NCBI RefSeq assembly: GCF_965247405.1
Contig: NZ_OZ252014.1
Span: 2,938,569 to 3,002,568, forward strand
Length of the DNA stretch: 64,000 bases
DNA from: Ekhidna sp.
Lineage (GTDB): Bacteria > Bacteroidota > Bacteroidia > Cytophagales > Cyclobacteriaceae
Direction: 5' to 3'
Shown here: positions 1 through 9,651 of the stretch, one piece after another
How the letters are laid out: every line of letters starts with the position of its first letter
Numbering within the stretch: the stretch's first letter is position 1
Made by a program: the position numbers and the translations under genes
The notes under the pieces: model-generated
Database searches by the model: none
Seen by the model: the letters and a program-made list of their open reading frames with translations, nothing else
Told to the model about the DNA's origin: nothing

Positions 1-228
1 AATGTCAGTCTGGCCATTAATGGTTCTGGCGTACAAAACAGATTCTCCATCTGACCAAAATGAAGGTTGATTATCATACCCTTCATTTTTTGATATGTTA
101 AGAGGTTTTTCAATCAGCAAACCTTCGGAAGATCGACGAAGATCCATGACATAGATTTCAGTGTTTGGCTGTGCCTGACTAAAGGAATAGCTGAAAAGAG
201 TGATGATAGCAAATAGAAGTTTTCTCAT
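1..228 (-). CDS. N-terminal fragment (runs off window) of a secreted PD40/TolB-like beta-propeller protein
   Basis: A reverse-strand ATG at 228 opens a frame that stays open to position 1: MRKLLFAIITLFSYSFSQAQPNTEIYVMDL...YDNQPSFWSDGESVLYARTINGQTDI. It has a signal-peptide-like start and a PD40-type repeat signature. It is absent from the ORF track because it is truncated by the window edge. Confidence 0.4.
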   Translation of the reverse strand, partial: MRKLLFAIITLFSYSFSQAQPNTEIYVMDLRRSSEGLLIEKPLNISKNEGYDNQPSFWSDGESVLYARTINGQTDI

Positions 229-322
229 AATAGGTCTTAATTGTATAGCCGGTTTGATTCCGAAAATTCAGTGGTTAAATTTAGTGCTTCGACTTTAACT
301 AACCTTCCAAAATGAACCTAAC

Positions 323-1939
323 ATGAAACGAAGAAATTTCATCCAACTTAGCGCAATTACCGGGGCAATCCCTTTTCTTGGAATAAAAGCGTGTGCACCT
401 ACTGAATCTTCATCAGAAAATGCAAAAGCCGAGGAGCAACCATTTGAGCTCGAAGAATGGACTGTTGCACAATTGAGAGATGCGATGGAATCCGGCAAAT
501 ACACTTCACGTCAAATTTGCGAGTTATATCTGAAGCGAATCAAAGAAAAGGATCAATCATCAAACGGGCTGAATAGCGTCCTTGAATCCAACCCTGATGC
601 CCTGTCCATTGCAGATCAGATGGATAAAGAGCGAGCGGAAGGAAATGTGAGAGGACCATTGCACGGTATTCCGGTGATGATAAAGGATAATATTGATACC
701 GGAGACAAAATGATGACAACTGCAGGCTCCATGGCGCTCGCAGGAACCACTGCGCCGGATGATGCTTTCATTGTTAAAAAATTAAGAGAATCCGGAGCTG
801 TCCTTTTAGGAAAAACAAACCTAAGTGAATGGGCGAATTTTAGGTCGTTTCGTTCATCAAGCGGCTGGAGTGGGAGAGGGCGCCAAACCAGAAATCCTTA
901 TGCGTTGGATCGAAATCCATGTGGTTCCAGCTCAGGGTCAGGGTCTGCGGTTTCAGGAAACATGTGTGCACTGACAATTGGAACAGAGACCAATGGATCG
1001 ATCGTCTGTCCATCTTCAGCCAATGGTGTGGTTGGTATCAAACCCACCGTGGGATTATGGAGCAGAGACGGAATCATTCCCATTTCCGAAACACAGGATA
1101 CCGCCGGGCCCATGGGAAGAACAGTGGCTGATGCTGCAAGTTTGTTGGGGGCATGTATTGGCATGGATGATGCTGATAAACGAACGGCAGAGAGTGAAGG
1201 TAATAGCTATACGGATTACACCCAATTTCTGGATGCAAACGGACTGCAAGGTAAGCGAATAGGAGTGCTTAGTGGGACACTTGGCTATCATGAGCGGGTG
1301 GATGAAATCATGGAACAAGCATTCACAGCAATGGAGGCACAAGGAGCAACCTTAGTCCAAGACATCAAACTGTATGAAAATGATGCCTATGGAAATTCAG
1401 GTTTGGAGCTGTTACTTTATGAATTTAAAGATGGTTTGACCAAATATCTGGCTACTCGTCCGGATGTAAAAGTTAAATCGCTGGCGGATGTCATTCAATT
1501 CAACAAAGACAATGCAGAGATAGAGATGCCATATTTTCCCCAAGGTATTTTAGAGCGAGCTGAGAACAAAGGACCTTTGACTGATGAAGAATACAAAGAA
1601 CACTTAAAGGTGGTCACGGAAGTTTCCAGAAACGGAATAAATAATGCTTTGAAAGAAAATAACCTGGATGCCATCATTGGGGTAACCGGGGGGCCTGCCT
1701 GGCCCATTGATGTAATCAATGGAGATCACTTTGGGACGGGCAGCTCCACACCTGCAGCCCGATCCGGATATCCGAATATTACTGTTCCTGCAGGTTATGT
1801 GCATGGTTTACCAGTAGGTATGTCCATTTTCGGAGGAAAGTATCAGGAGCCGAAGCTTATCAGTATTGCCTACGCGTTTGAGCAGGCAACAAAGATTAGA
1901 AAAGCACCTAAGTTATTACCAACTTTAGATTTGATATGA
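323..1939 (+). CDS. Amidase (amidase-signature family), probably Tat-exported lipoprotein
   Basis: 538 aa. It has the Gly/Ser-rich AS signature (GKTNLSEWANFRS ... CGSSSGSGSAVS ... GTETNGSIVCP). The N-terminus MKRRNFIQLSAITGAIPFLGIKAC has a twin-arginine motif followed by a lipobox-like Cys. Confidence 0.85.
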   Translation: MKRRNFIQLSAITGAIPFLGIKACAPTESSSENAKAEEQPFELEEWTVAQLRDAMESGKYTSRQICELYLKRIKEKDQSSNGLNSVLESNPDALSIADQMDKERAEGNVRGPLHGIPVMIKDNIDTGDKMMTTAGSMALAGTTAPDDAFIVKKLRESGAVLLGKTNLSEWANFRSFRSSSGWSGRGRQTRNPYALDRNPCGSSSGSGSAVSGNMCALTIGTETNGSIVCPSSANGVVGIKPTVGLWSRDGIIPISETQDTAGPMGRTVADAASLLGACIGMDDADKRTAESEGNSYTDYTQFLDANGLQGKRIGVLSGTLGYHERVDEIMEQAFTAMEAQGATLVQDIKLYENDAYGNSGLELLLYEFKDGLTKYLATRPDVKVKSLADVIQFNKDNAEIEMPYFPQGILERAENKGPLTDEEYKEHLKVVTEVSRNGINNALKENNLDAIIGVTGGPAWPIDVINGDHFGTGSSTPAARSGYPNITVPAGYVHGLPVGMSIFGGKYQEPKLISIAYAFEQATKIRKAPKLLPTLDLI

Positions 1940-2592
1940 TAAAAGCGATATTAAAATTTTTGGGTGCTGGACTGGTTGTTCTCATCATTATTGGAATTCT
2001 GGCCTACTTATTCATTGATGAGTCCGTACCTGATGGCACACAAGGACAAGAAGCAGAGGCTTTAGCGGATGAAATGCTGAAAGCATTAAATAAATCCGGT
2101 TATGATACCCTTGCGATGATTAGATTTACCTATCCGGGTGATCACAACTATGAGTGGGATATAGACAACAACAAGGTAAGGGTTCGATGGGATGACAGAG
2201 ATGTTTTTCTTGACTTGAATCAATCATCTGATGAACTAAATGCCATCGAGTATCAAGCGTATGAGTACTTTTTGAATGACACGTTTTGGTTGGTGGCTCC
2301 CTTTAAAGTGCGAGATGAAGGAGTTATGCGATCTACCGTCAATGTAAAAAACGGAAGAGGGCTGTTGGTTACTTACACCACTGGAGGGGTAACTCCAGGA
2401 GATTCTTATTTATGGATCATTGGTGATGATGGCTTTCCCAAAGCCTGGAAGCTCTGGACTTCAAATGTTCCCATCGGTGGGTTGAAAGTAGGCTGGGGCG
2501 GCTGGGTAGAAAAAGAGGGCGTTTGGTTTTCTACTTTTCACCCGAGTGCGGTTATTGATTTGGAAATTACGGATTTAGAGGTAGGTTACTAG
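1936..2592 (+). CDS. Hypothetical membrane-anchored protein
   Basis: 218 aa. Its start overlaps the amidase stop as ATGA. It has one N-terminal TM helix (GAGLVVLIIIGILAYLF). I recognise no family. Confidence 0.5.
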   Translation: MIKAILKFLGAGLVVLIIIGILAYLFIDESVPDGTQGQEAEALADEMLKALNKSGYDTLAMIRFTYPGDHNYEWDIDNNKVRVRWDDRDVFLDLNQSSDELNAIEYQAYEYFLNDTFWLVAPFKVRDEGVMRSTVNVKNGRGLLVTYTTGGVTPGDSYLWIIGDDGFPKAWKLWTSNVPIGGLKVGWGGWVEKEGVWFSTFHPSAVIDLEITDLEVGY

Positions 2593-3814
2593 ATTCTTGT
2601 ATTTCAATTGAGAGTCGTTTTATTTCATCCCAATATCCAGGATAAGATTTTTCAACTACCGATGGATCATCAATGGTTACATCCATTTTCAAACATAGAG
2701 GCGCAAATGCCATGGCCATGCGATGATCTTCATAGGTTTCAATTGTAACAGCATCAGGAAGATGATCCGATGGGATTAGATACCACATCTTATCATTTTC
2801 TGTGAGAGTAGCTCCAATTTTAGCTAGCTCATGTTGCATTGCTGCTATACGATCCGTCTCTTTTATTTTCAGGCTTTCCAGGCCGGTCATTTCTAATTCA
2901 ATTCCAATTACAGCAGCTGAAACCATGACTGTTTGTGCCAGATCAGGGCAGCTTCTAAAATCAATCGTGAGTTTTTTTTGATTGAGTGGTAGCTTTCTCA
3001 AATACACCGCGTTCTGTTCAAATTGTGTTTCAACACCCAAATCATTCATGATGGTGGCAATGGCAATATCTCCTTGAGTTGAATCTTTCCTCAGGGTGGG
3101 TAATTGAAGTTTGGAATCCTCTGGTGCCATCGAAATGAACGAATACCAGTAGCTTGCTCCAGACCAATCACCTTCGATGGTATATTCAACGGGTTGATAG
3201 GTTTGACGTGAAACTTTAATCGAATTTCCAGTCCACTCATTTCCCACTCCAAAAGCCTTCATCAACGAAAGGGTCATTTCAATGTATGGTCGGCTGTAGA
3301 TCTCAGAGGTCAATGTAATTTCTAGCCCCTGCTCCATGCTTGGGACAATCATCAGCAAAGCACTAATGTATTGACTACTAATATTTCCCGGAATAGCGAT
3401 TTTGTTTGTAAGCTGGTTTTCGATTCGATGGATTTTTAACGGAGGATATCCATCTTTCTCCAGGTATTCAATCTTAGCTCCAATGGTTCGTAGCGCATCT
3501 ACAAGAGGTCCTATTGGACGGTTTTTCATTCGATCTGTGCCTGTGATTATTTCACCCTGTCCATGAATTGCCAGATATGCAGTCAAAAATCGCATGGTGG
3601 TGCCGGCATCTTTTACATCATAAACATCAGGTTTTCCCTGCAGCAATGAACGCATGGTTTGTGTATCTCGAGCATTGGAAAGGTTGTGAATATCAGCCAC
3701 ATTTCCACCAGCCAAAGCGTTGATAATGAGTGCACGATTACTTTCACTTTTAGAAGATTCCAGTGTAATGGCACCTTTTAATCTGGAATTATCCCTTTTT
3801 AGTCGATTCTTCAA
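2567..3814 (-). CDS. aroA: 3-phosphoshikimate 1-carboxyvinyltransferase (EPSP synthase)
   Basis: 415 aa with EPSP synthase hallmarks: SKSESNRALIINAL, DAGTTMRFLTAYLA, TGTDRMKNRPIGPLVDAL, DHRMAMAFA. Confidence 0.9.
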   Translation of the reverse strand: MKNRLKRDNSRLKGAITLESSKSESNRALIINALAGGNVADIHNLSNARDTQTMRSLLQGKPDVYDVKDAGTTMRFLTAYLAIHGQGEIITGTDRMKNRPIGPLVDALRTIGAKIEYLEKDGYPPLKIHRIENQLTNKIAIPGNISSQYISALLMIVPSMEQGLEITLTSEIYSRPYIEMTLSLMKAFGVGNEWTGNSIKVSRQTYQPVEYTIEGDWSGASYWYSFISMAPEDSKLQLPTLRKDSTQGDIAIATIMNDLGVETQFEQNAVYLRKLPLNQKKLTIDFRSCPDLAQTVMVSAAVIGIELEMTGLESLKIKETDRIAAMQHELAKIGATLTENDKMWYLIPSDHLPDAVTIETYEDHRMAMAFAPLCLKMDVTIDDPSVVEKSYPGYWDEIKRLSIEIQESSNLPLNP

Positions 3815-3817
3815 TTT

Positions 3818-4039
3818 TTGGCAGGCTTTTTGACAAACATTATTACAACTTTTTACGTTGCTAAGATGTCAATAAATTATAATATGTCAAGATCACGTAC
3901 CATAGGAACAATCTTCGCCTCTATCGCCATAGGAGCTCTTACCTTCTTTCTAAGCTCGCCCAAAAAAACGGTAAAAAAGAAAGAACAACAGACTTCTCAA
4001 GACGACAGAAACAGCGACAAAGAAGACCTGTTTATTTAA
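3818..4039 (+). CDS. Small hypothetical membrane protein (doubtful)
   Basis: 73-aa ORF between aroA and aroB on the opposite strand. It has one hydrophobic helix (TIGTIFASIAIGALTFFLS) and a charged tail. No homology was recognised. Confidence 0.25.
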   Translation: MAGFLTNIITTFYVAKMSINYNMSRSRTIGTIFASIAIGALTFFLSSPKKTVKKKEQQTSQDDRNSDKEDLFI

Positions 4040-5054
4040 GAATATTCTTAAGTACAGTTTCTTCAACTAGTACATCGTGGGCGCATGCCCCAATTTTTTT
4101 TAACAATGAAAACCTGATGCCTTGCGCATCATTTTTTTTGTCTTGTAAAAGATGGCTTCTGAGCATTTCATAGTTTGGAAGTTGCAGATTTAGATTATAA
4201 ACAGATCTAATAAATTCGTTGATTTCTGCACTCTCACCCTGACTCAGCAAACCTACTGTTGCAGCAATTTCATTTTCGAGTATCATACCCAATGCTATCG
4301 CCTCTCCGTGTAACAGAGGAGTATCAGAATTCAAAAAATGGGATTCCAACGCATGTCCTATAGTATGGCCATAGTTTAAAATCTTCCGAGCGTCGGCTTC
4401 AAACGGATCTTCCTGAACCACTTTACTTTTGATGCTGATGGATTTTGGAATAATTTCATTCCAGTTGATTTTCTCAAATGAATGTCGGTTCAGGTACTCC
4501 CACTGCTCTGCATCTCTAATCAAAGCATGTTTGATTATTTCAGCAAATCCTGATTTTAGCTCTCTTTCAGGGAGAGTTTTAAGGAATGCGGTATTGATTA
4601 TAACACAGACCGGATTCTGGAAAACGCCAATATGGTTCTTCAAACCTTCAAAATCAACCCCCAACTTACCTCCAATACTTGCATCCACTTGGGAAAGTAA
4701 CGTGGTTGGTATATTAATAAACGGCATTCCTCTTTTGTAGGTACTGGCAGCAAATCCGCCCATATCTCCGATAACACCACCTCCAAGATTGATCAAGAGA
4801 CTTTTACGTGAGCATCCAATTGCTGTCAGTTGAGTCCAGATCTTAATGCATGTTTCCAGTGTTTTATATTGCTCACCACTTTGAATTTCGATTTGAGCAT
4901 CAACCGAAACATGTAAGTGAGGGAAGCAATACTTTTTGGTATTCTCATCTACCAGTACAACGATTTTATCCGGATTCAACGTTTCAATTGCCTTGCTTAA
5001 ATCGCTATTGATTTCCGTTGAAATAGTAAGATATGAAGGAAGATTACTAGACAT
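4032..5054 (-). CDS. aroB: 3-dehydroquinate synthase
   Basis: 340 aa with GGGVIGDMGGFAASTYKRGMPFINIPTTLLSQVDASIGGK, and metal-binding histidines in YGHTIGHALE and HGEAIALG. Confidence 0.9.
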   Translation of the reverse strand: MSSNLPSYLTISTEINSDLSKAIETLNPDKIVVLVDENTKKYCFPHLHVSVDAQIEIQSGEQYKTLETCIKIWTQLTAIGCSRKSLLINLGGGVIGDMGGFAASTYKRGMPFINIPTTLLSQVDASIGGKLGVDFEGLKNHIGVFQNPVCVIINTAFLKTLPERELKSGFAEIIKHALIRDAEQWEYLNRHSFEKINWNEIIPKSISIKSKVVQEDPFEADARKILNYGHTIGHALESHFLNSDTPLLHGEAIALGMILENEIAATVGLLSQGESAEINEFIRSVYNLNLQLPNYEMLRSHLLQDKKNDAQGIRFSLLKKIGACAHDVLVEETVLKNILK

Positions 5055-5115
5055 TTGATTAAACAGATAATGGTGTGAATCTGTTAGCTATCTTTGCACA
5101 CCGATTTTCAAAAAT

Positions 5116-6294
5116 ATGCAATCAGAGTCAATCAATTTTGATGATACCGCAACTGCTTTTGCGCATCGATCAACGTCGGAGCTGAAGAACTCACATTTTG
5201 TTTTCTCCACCATGAGTATGCCCTGGATGGTGAAAACAGGTACAGTGATGACTAACCTTGCACTGAAGTTGAAATTACCTGTTAAAGGGATCATTAAGAA
5301 GACAATCTTCAATCAATTTTGTGGAGGAGAATCCATCAAGGATTGCAGTAATACCATTAATAGACTAGGTGATCATAACGTGCAGACCATCCTTGATTAT
5401 TCGGTGGAGGGACTGAAAAATGAAGATGGGTATGATGCCACCAAGGAAGAGGCTTTGAGAGTTATTGATTTTGCTTCGACCAATGATCATATTCCTTTTT
5501 GTGTATTAAAGCTTTCCGGATTGGGATCTACCGACTTGATGACGAAGGCACAGAATAAGGAGCAGCTTACTGAGATTGAAAAAACGAAACTCTATAACTG
5601 TGAGCAGCGTGTAGATGAGATCGTACACAAAGCAGGTAGCAAGGGTCTGATGGTCATGATTGATGCTGAGGAATCATGGTTTCAAAGCTTTATTGATGGT
5701 ATAGCTTATCGCATGATGGCTAAATACAATAAGGAACGACCGATTGTCTATAACACCTATCAAATGTATCGTCATGATATGTTGGACAGGCTTACACGAG
5801 CACAGATCGAAGCAGAGGTGAGTGGTTATTACCTGGGAGCTAAATTGGTAAGAGGTGCTTACATGGAAAAGGAAAGAGACAGAGCAGAAGAAATGGGATA
5901 CGAATCCCCTATTCATGCGACCAAGGAAGCTGTTGATAAGGATTACGACGAAGCGTTGAAGTTTTGTATGCAGCACATTGACCGTATGGGGCTATGTGCC
6001 GGGACACATAATGAAAATTCTAGCAAGTTGTTGGCCAGGCTTATGGAAGAGCAGGAAATATCCAAGAAAGACAATCGAGTTTTTTTTGCTCAGTTATTAG
6101 GAATGAGTGACAACATTTCATTCAAGCTGGCTGACTTGGGCTACAATGTGGCTAAGTATGTTCCTTATGGTCCGGTTGAAAAAGTACTTCCCTATCTATT
6201 CAGAAGAGCAGAAGAAAACACATCCATAGCTGGGCAAAGTGGAAGAGAATATACCCTGGTAAAAAAGGAACTAAGAAGACGTAAGTCTGCCTGA
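5116..6294 (+). CDS. Proline dehydrogenase
   Basis: 392 aa of the monofunctional PutA-type proline dehydrogenase pattern: LDYSVEG, MIDAEESW, AKLVRGAY, FAQLLGMSD, KYVPYGP, YLFRRAEEN. Confidence 0.85.
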   Translation: MQSESINFDDTATAFAHRSTSELKNSHFVFSTMSMPWMVKTGTVMTNLALKLKLPVKGIIKKTIFNQFCGGESIKDCSNTINRLGDHNVQTILDYSVEGLKNEDGYDATKEEALRVIDFASTNDHIPFCVLKLSGLGSTDLMTKAQNKEQLTEIEKTKLYNCEQRVDEIVHKAGSKGLMVMIDAEESWFQSFIDGIAYRMMAKYNKERPIVYNTYQMYRHDMLDRLTRAQIEAEVSGYYLGAKLVRGAYMEKERDRAEEMGYESPIHATKEAVDKDYDEALKFCMQHIDRMGLCAGTHNENSSKLLARLMEEQEISKKDNRVFFAQLLGMSDNISFKLADLGYNVAKYVPYGPVEKVLPYLFRRAEENTSIAGQSGREYTLVKKELRRRKSA

Positions 6295-6332
6295 TAATCA
6301 GATTTTAAAAATAAGAATACAAGCAAAACAAA

Positions 6333-8051
6333 ATGCAGTTAAGCGAACAGGAAATCCAACGAAGAAAATCCAGAGAGGAACTGATGGCAATGGGGGTTGA
6401 CCCATACCCTGCCGAATCATTTGATGTGAATATGACTGCCAAACACATCAAGAAAAATTTTGATAGTCGCCCCGGTGATTACACCAACATTTCAATGGCT
6501 GGACGAATCATGAGCAGAAGGATCATGGGATCTGCATCGTTCGCTGAGCTGCAAGATTCAAGTGGCCGTATTCAGATCTATTTACGAAGAGATGATATCT
6601 GCCCGGGTGAGGATAAATCACTCTACAATGATGTGTTCAAAAAGAAGTTGGATATCGGCGACATTATTGGTATCAAAGGCTATGTCTTTAAAACAGAGGT
6701 AGGAGAAATCTCTGTTCATGTAACTGAGCTAAAGCTGCTGACTAAATCACTTCGTCCGCTTCCAATAGTGAAGGAAACGACTGATGAAGAGGGCAATAAG
6801 AAGACGTATGATGCATTCAAAGATCCCGAGCAGCGATATCGTCAACGGTACCTGGATTTGATTGTGAATCCTGAAGTGAAAGACACCTTCATTCAACGGA
6901 CTAAGTTGGTAAACTCCATACGGGAATTTCTTGCTAATAAAGGCTATCTGGAAGTTGAAACGCCTATTCTTCAGCCACTTTATGGAGGTGCGGCTGCTCG
7001 TCCGTTCAAAACGCACCATAACACATTGGATATGACGCTCTATTTACGCATCGCGAATGAGCTGTATCTGAAAAGACTAATTGTAGGCGGATACGATGGC
7101 GTGTTTGAGTTTGCCAAGGATTTTCGTAATGAGGGAATGAGCCGGTTCCACAACCCGGAATTCACTCAAGTAGAGCTTTATGTTGCTTACAAGGATTACA
7201 ACTGGATGATGGACCTCATGGAAGCCATGATCGAAAAAGTAGCACTTGACCTTCACGGAGATACCAAAGTGCAGGTTGGTGAAAACGTAATTAATTTCCA
7301 GCGTCCGTGGAAGCGCTTTACCATGTTTGAGGCGATTGAGCACTTTACCGAAATTGACATTTCGGAAATGGATGAGAAAGAATTAAGAGAAACCGCTAAG
7401 AAGCTGGAAGTGCCTTTGGACGATACGATGGCAAAGGGAAAAATCATCGATGAGATCTTCGGTGAGAAATGTGAGCCGTTATTGATCCAGCCAACATTTA
7501 TTACCGATTATCCTGTGGAGATGTCTCCGCTGACAAAAAAACACCGATCCAGGGAAGGACTTGTGGAGCGATTCGAAGCAATCTGTAACGGAAAAGAAAT
7601 CATGAACTCTTACTCAGAGTTGAATGATCCAGTGGATCAGCGGGAGCGATTTGAGGAGCAGCTGGAGTTGGGTAAAAGAGGGGACGATGAGGCCATGACA
7701 CTGGATGAGGATTTCCTTCGTGCCTTGGAATTTGGAATGCCTCCTACCGCCGGCGTGGGTCTCGGCATTGATCGATTGACCATGATCATGACCAATTCCA
7801 ATTCCATCCAGGATGTACTCTTCTTCCCTCAGATGCGACCGGAAGTGAAGTCCCGAGCAGCCGAGCTTGAAGGTGACGCAAAAGCTGTGTTTGAGATGTT
7901 GGAAAAAGAAGAAAAGGTCGAGCTGAATGCACTCAAAGATCAGTCTGGACTGTCGAATAAGAAATGGGATAAAGCCATCAAAAAGCTTACTCAAGGTGGA
8001 TTTGCTAAGGTGAACAAGACCGATGAGGGGTTGTTTGTGGAGGTGGTTTAA
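6333..8051 (+). CDS. lysS: Lysine--tRNA ligase (class II) with Bacteroidota-type C-terminal extension
   Basis: 572 aa. It has an OB-fold N-domain, class II motifs ([20 protein letters not shown]; [20 protein letters not shown]) and a charged C-terminal tail of about 70 aa. Confidence 0.95.
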   Translation: MQLSEQEIQRRKSREELMAMGVDPYPAESFDVNMTAKHIKKNFDSRPGDYTNISMAGRIMSRRIMGSASFAELQDSSGRIQIYLRRDDICPGEDKSLYNDVFKKKLDIGDIIGIKGYVFKTEVGEISVHVTELKLLTKSLRPLPIVKETTDEEGNKKTYDAFKDPEQRYRQRYLDLIVNPEVKDTFIQRTKLVNSIREFLANKGYLEVETPILQPLYGGAAARPFKTHHNTLDMTLYLRIANELYLKRLIVGGYDGVFEFAKDFRNEGMSRFHNPEFTQVELYVAYKDYNWMMDLMEAMIEKVALDLHGDTKVQVGENVINFQRPWKRFTMFEAIEHFTEIDISEMDEKELRETAKKLEVPLDDTMAKGKIIDEIFGEKCEPLLIQPTFITDYPVEMSPLTKKHRSREGLVERFEAICNGKEIMNSYSELNDPVDQRERFEEQLELGKRGDDEAMTLDEDFLRALEFGMPPTAGVGLGIDRLTMIMTNSNSIQDVLFFPQMRPEVKSRAAELEGDAKAVFEMLEKEEKVELNALKDQSGLSNKKWDKAIKKLTQGGFAKVNKTDEGLFVEVV

Positions 8052-8066
8052 CAAATCCGTATTTAT

Positions 8067-8101
8067 GTCATTTCGAACCGGAGGTTCGATGGTGAGAAAT
8101 C
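8067..8101. repeat. GTCATTTCGA...GAGAAATC type short palindromic intergenic repeat (copy 1)
   Basis: The sequence is gtcatttcgaaccggaggttcgatggtgagaaatc. It shares its termini with the copy at 10533-10556 (gtcatttcgacgataggagaaatc) and has an internal cgaacc/ggttcg palindrome. Confidence 0.6.
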
Positions 8102-8132
8102 TATACCTGGTGGTTTTTGTACTTTTATTTCG

Positions 8133-8206
8133 TTTCGTGAGGACACGAACCGTGGCTGAGATCAGACATTGAGATTCCTAAGTCTCGTCGTTCCTCGCAA
8201 GGGAAA
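8133..8206. repeat. MITE-like element with imperfect terminal inverted repeats, short copy
   Basis: It starts with the 20-mer tttcgtgaggacacgaaccg, identical to 8475-8494. It ends gagattcctaagtctcgtcgttcctcgcaagggaaaa, matching the right end of the longer copy. Confidence 0.6.
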
Positions 8207-8212
8207 ATGAAT

Positions 8213-8238
8213 TTTGTGGAGGTGGATTATTTAATCCC
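8213..8238 (+). repeat. Duplicate of the lysS 3' terminus
   Basis: tttgtggaggtgg at 8034-8046 (the last lysS codons) recurs at 8214-8226 and is followed by a related A/T-rich ...aatcc tail. The two copies bracket about 180 bp of repeat DNA. Confidence 0.5.
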
Positions 8239-8264
8239 ACCCCTGACCTCTCCCAGGAGGGGAA
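8237..8264. repeat. CCACCCCTG...GGAGGGGAA hairpin repeat (copy 1)
   Basis: ccacccctgacctctcccaggaggggaa resembles ccacccctgccactccttggaaaggaggggaa at 53769-53800. It forms a cccct/agggg stem. Confidence 0.5.
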
Positions 8265-8474
8265 TTACATTGTCCAAAGATTTTCTAGTTAAGCCAGGAA
8301 TTCCCCCTTTGAAGGCGGTCCGACGTTTAGTGGTGTGGTGGAAATGTGCGAGGGAGGGGGATGTAATTCTCTTATCCACCCAACCCCAACAGCGGCATCT
8401 TCTTCAACTTGTGATAAGTCTAAGCTATTGTATTGGTTTGTGTCTCCACAAACCAAAATCTTTAAAAAATGGTA

Positions 8475-8615
8475 TTTCGTGAGGACACGAACCGAGGTGG
8501 TAGAAGCCCTATTCCTTTGGGAGGCCCAGAGGCCGAGTCATGGGAATCTCGTTCAAGGTCAGCAAATGAATATGAGATTCCCAAGTCTCGTTCGTGCCTC
8601 ACTCGCAAGGGAATA
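8475..8615. repeat. MITE-like element with imperfect terminal inverted repeats, long copy
   Basis: The left end tttcgtgaggacacgaaccg and right end gttcgtgcctcactcgcaagggaata are inverted complements (cgtgaggacacgaac versus the reverse complement cgagtgaggcacgaac). Both termini are shared with the copy at 8133-8206. Confidence 0.6.
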
Positions 8616-8641
8616 CCGACAAATTAAAAGGGAGATGTTAA

Positions 8642-9070
8642 CTATTTCTCACCCAAACCCAACAATGGGAGCTGTTTCACTTTATGATAAGTCAGAGCCG
8701 CTTTAATACATTGCTTCAATTCTTTTTCAGGTACTTTTTCATCCAGCTTAAATACAATGGCACGAGTGGTTTCATAATTGAATAGGTCGCCGAAAGCCAA
8801 CTGAAAGGATGGTACAAGTTTGCTGGTACATTTGAAGTACATGGCGTACTGATCCGGTTTCTTTTCCTTCCAATCGATGCGTATGGTGCTGCCATGCTTG
8901 GTGAGGTAGCTGGGCTCTCCCCATTTCAGTGTTTCTTCCAGATCAGTGATGCCAATTTCATCAGCTGTTTCTAAGATGAGTTTGCGGAGATGTACAACTT
9001 TTTCCTTCGCTTGAGGAGGGTAGGAGGAGATGACGGATTCTATTGTAGTAGGATCAACTTTCATTTTCAT
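8642..9070 (-). CDS. DUF1801 (YdhG-like) domain protein
   Basis: The ORF reaches 9091, but the likely start is MKMKVD at 9070. The pattern HLRKLILETADEIGI...EETLKWGEPSYL...GSTIRIDWKEK is typical of DUF1801 proteins. Confidence 0.65.
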   Translation of the reverse strand: MKMKVDPTTIESVISSYPPQAKEKVVHLRKLILETADEIGITDLEETLKWGEPSYLTKHGSTIRIDWKEKKPDQYAMYFKCTSKLVPSFQLAFGDLFNYETTRAIVFKLDEKVPEKELKQCIKAALTYHKVKQLPLLGLGEK

Positions 9071-9140
9071 CAAAGATAGAGGAGTAAACAAAAACCGCCA
9101 TCCCTGACGGTTGATGTCTTATGATTCTTTCGGTTTGAGA

Positions 9141-9518
9141 TTATGCAAACTCAGGCATAGGGGTGTAGAAGAATTGCTCCTTCACCACTTTTCCATCGTT
9201 TACCTCATACACGCATATCTCATCCATGTTGATTGGTTGATCCATACCTTTAAGGGTCACTTTGGATTTCATGGTCATTGAGAAGAAATTTTCCGCAACA
9301 ATGGGGTCAGAAATTTCCATCGTGTGAAATTCAGCGACCATTCCATGCCATTCTTCGGCTTTTTTCGCAATGGCGTCCAATCCCTGTACAGTACCCCAAA
9401 AGGCATCTTCCGGCTCTACACTTTTGATGTCAGGTGAGTAAAATTTTTGGATGCATTCATCCCATTTTCCTTCTTTGCACATGGCTACAAATTCGTTGGC
9501 TACTTCTTGAGTTGTCAT
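9141..9518 (-). CDS. SnoaL-like / NTF2-fold protein
   Basis: 125 aa. It has the size and alpha+beta cone pattern of small SnoaL/NTF2-like proteins: MTTQEVANEFVAMCKEGKWDECIQKFYSPD. Confidence 0.6.
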   Translation of the reverse strand: MTTQEVANEFVAMCKEGKWDECIQKFYSPDIKSVEPEDAFWGTVQGLDAIAKKAEEWHGMVAEFHTMEISDPIVAENFFSMTMKSKVTLKGMDQPINMDEICVYEVNDGKVVKEQFFYTPMPEFA

Positions 9519-9651
9519 GATTTTTATCTGTTAGTATTAAACATGATTCAAAGAAATGAGTTGGAGTGACAGCCCTATGTCACTGACTTTAGTCGAAATA
9601 AAAAAAATCTTCGTTTGTGGTGAATAAAATTTTCCGATCTTGGCGGATTCG

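Noticed and set aside
919-1342. Clusters of overlapping sense and antisense ORFs inside the amidase gene, and similar ones inside lysS, the TonB receptor, the fasciclin gene and murA
   Set aside because: All lie within longer ORFs that have clear family signatures. They are short and compositionally biased, with no independent support.
8207-8706. ORF-track frames of 91 aa and 123 aa in the lysS downstream gap
   Set aside because: They are translated straight through MITE-like and hairpin repeats, have low-complexity Pro/Cys/Trp-rich sequences and lack plausible starts. I treat them as non-coding repeat DNA.
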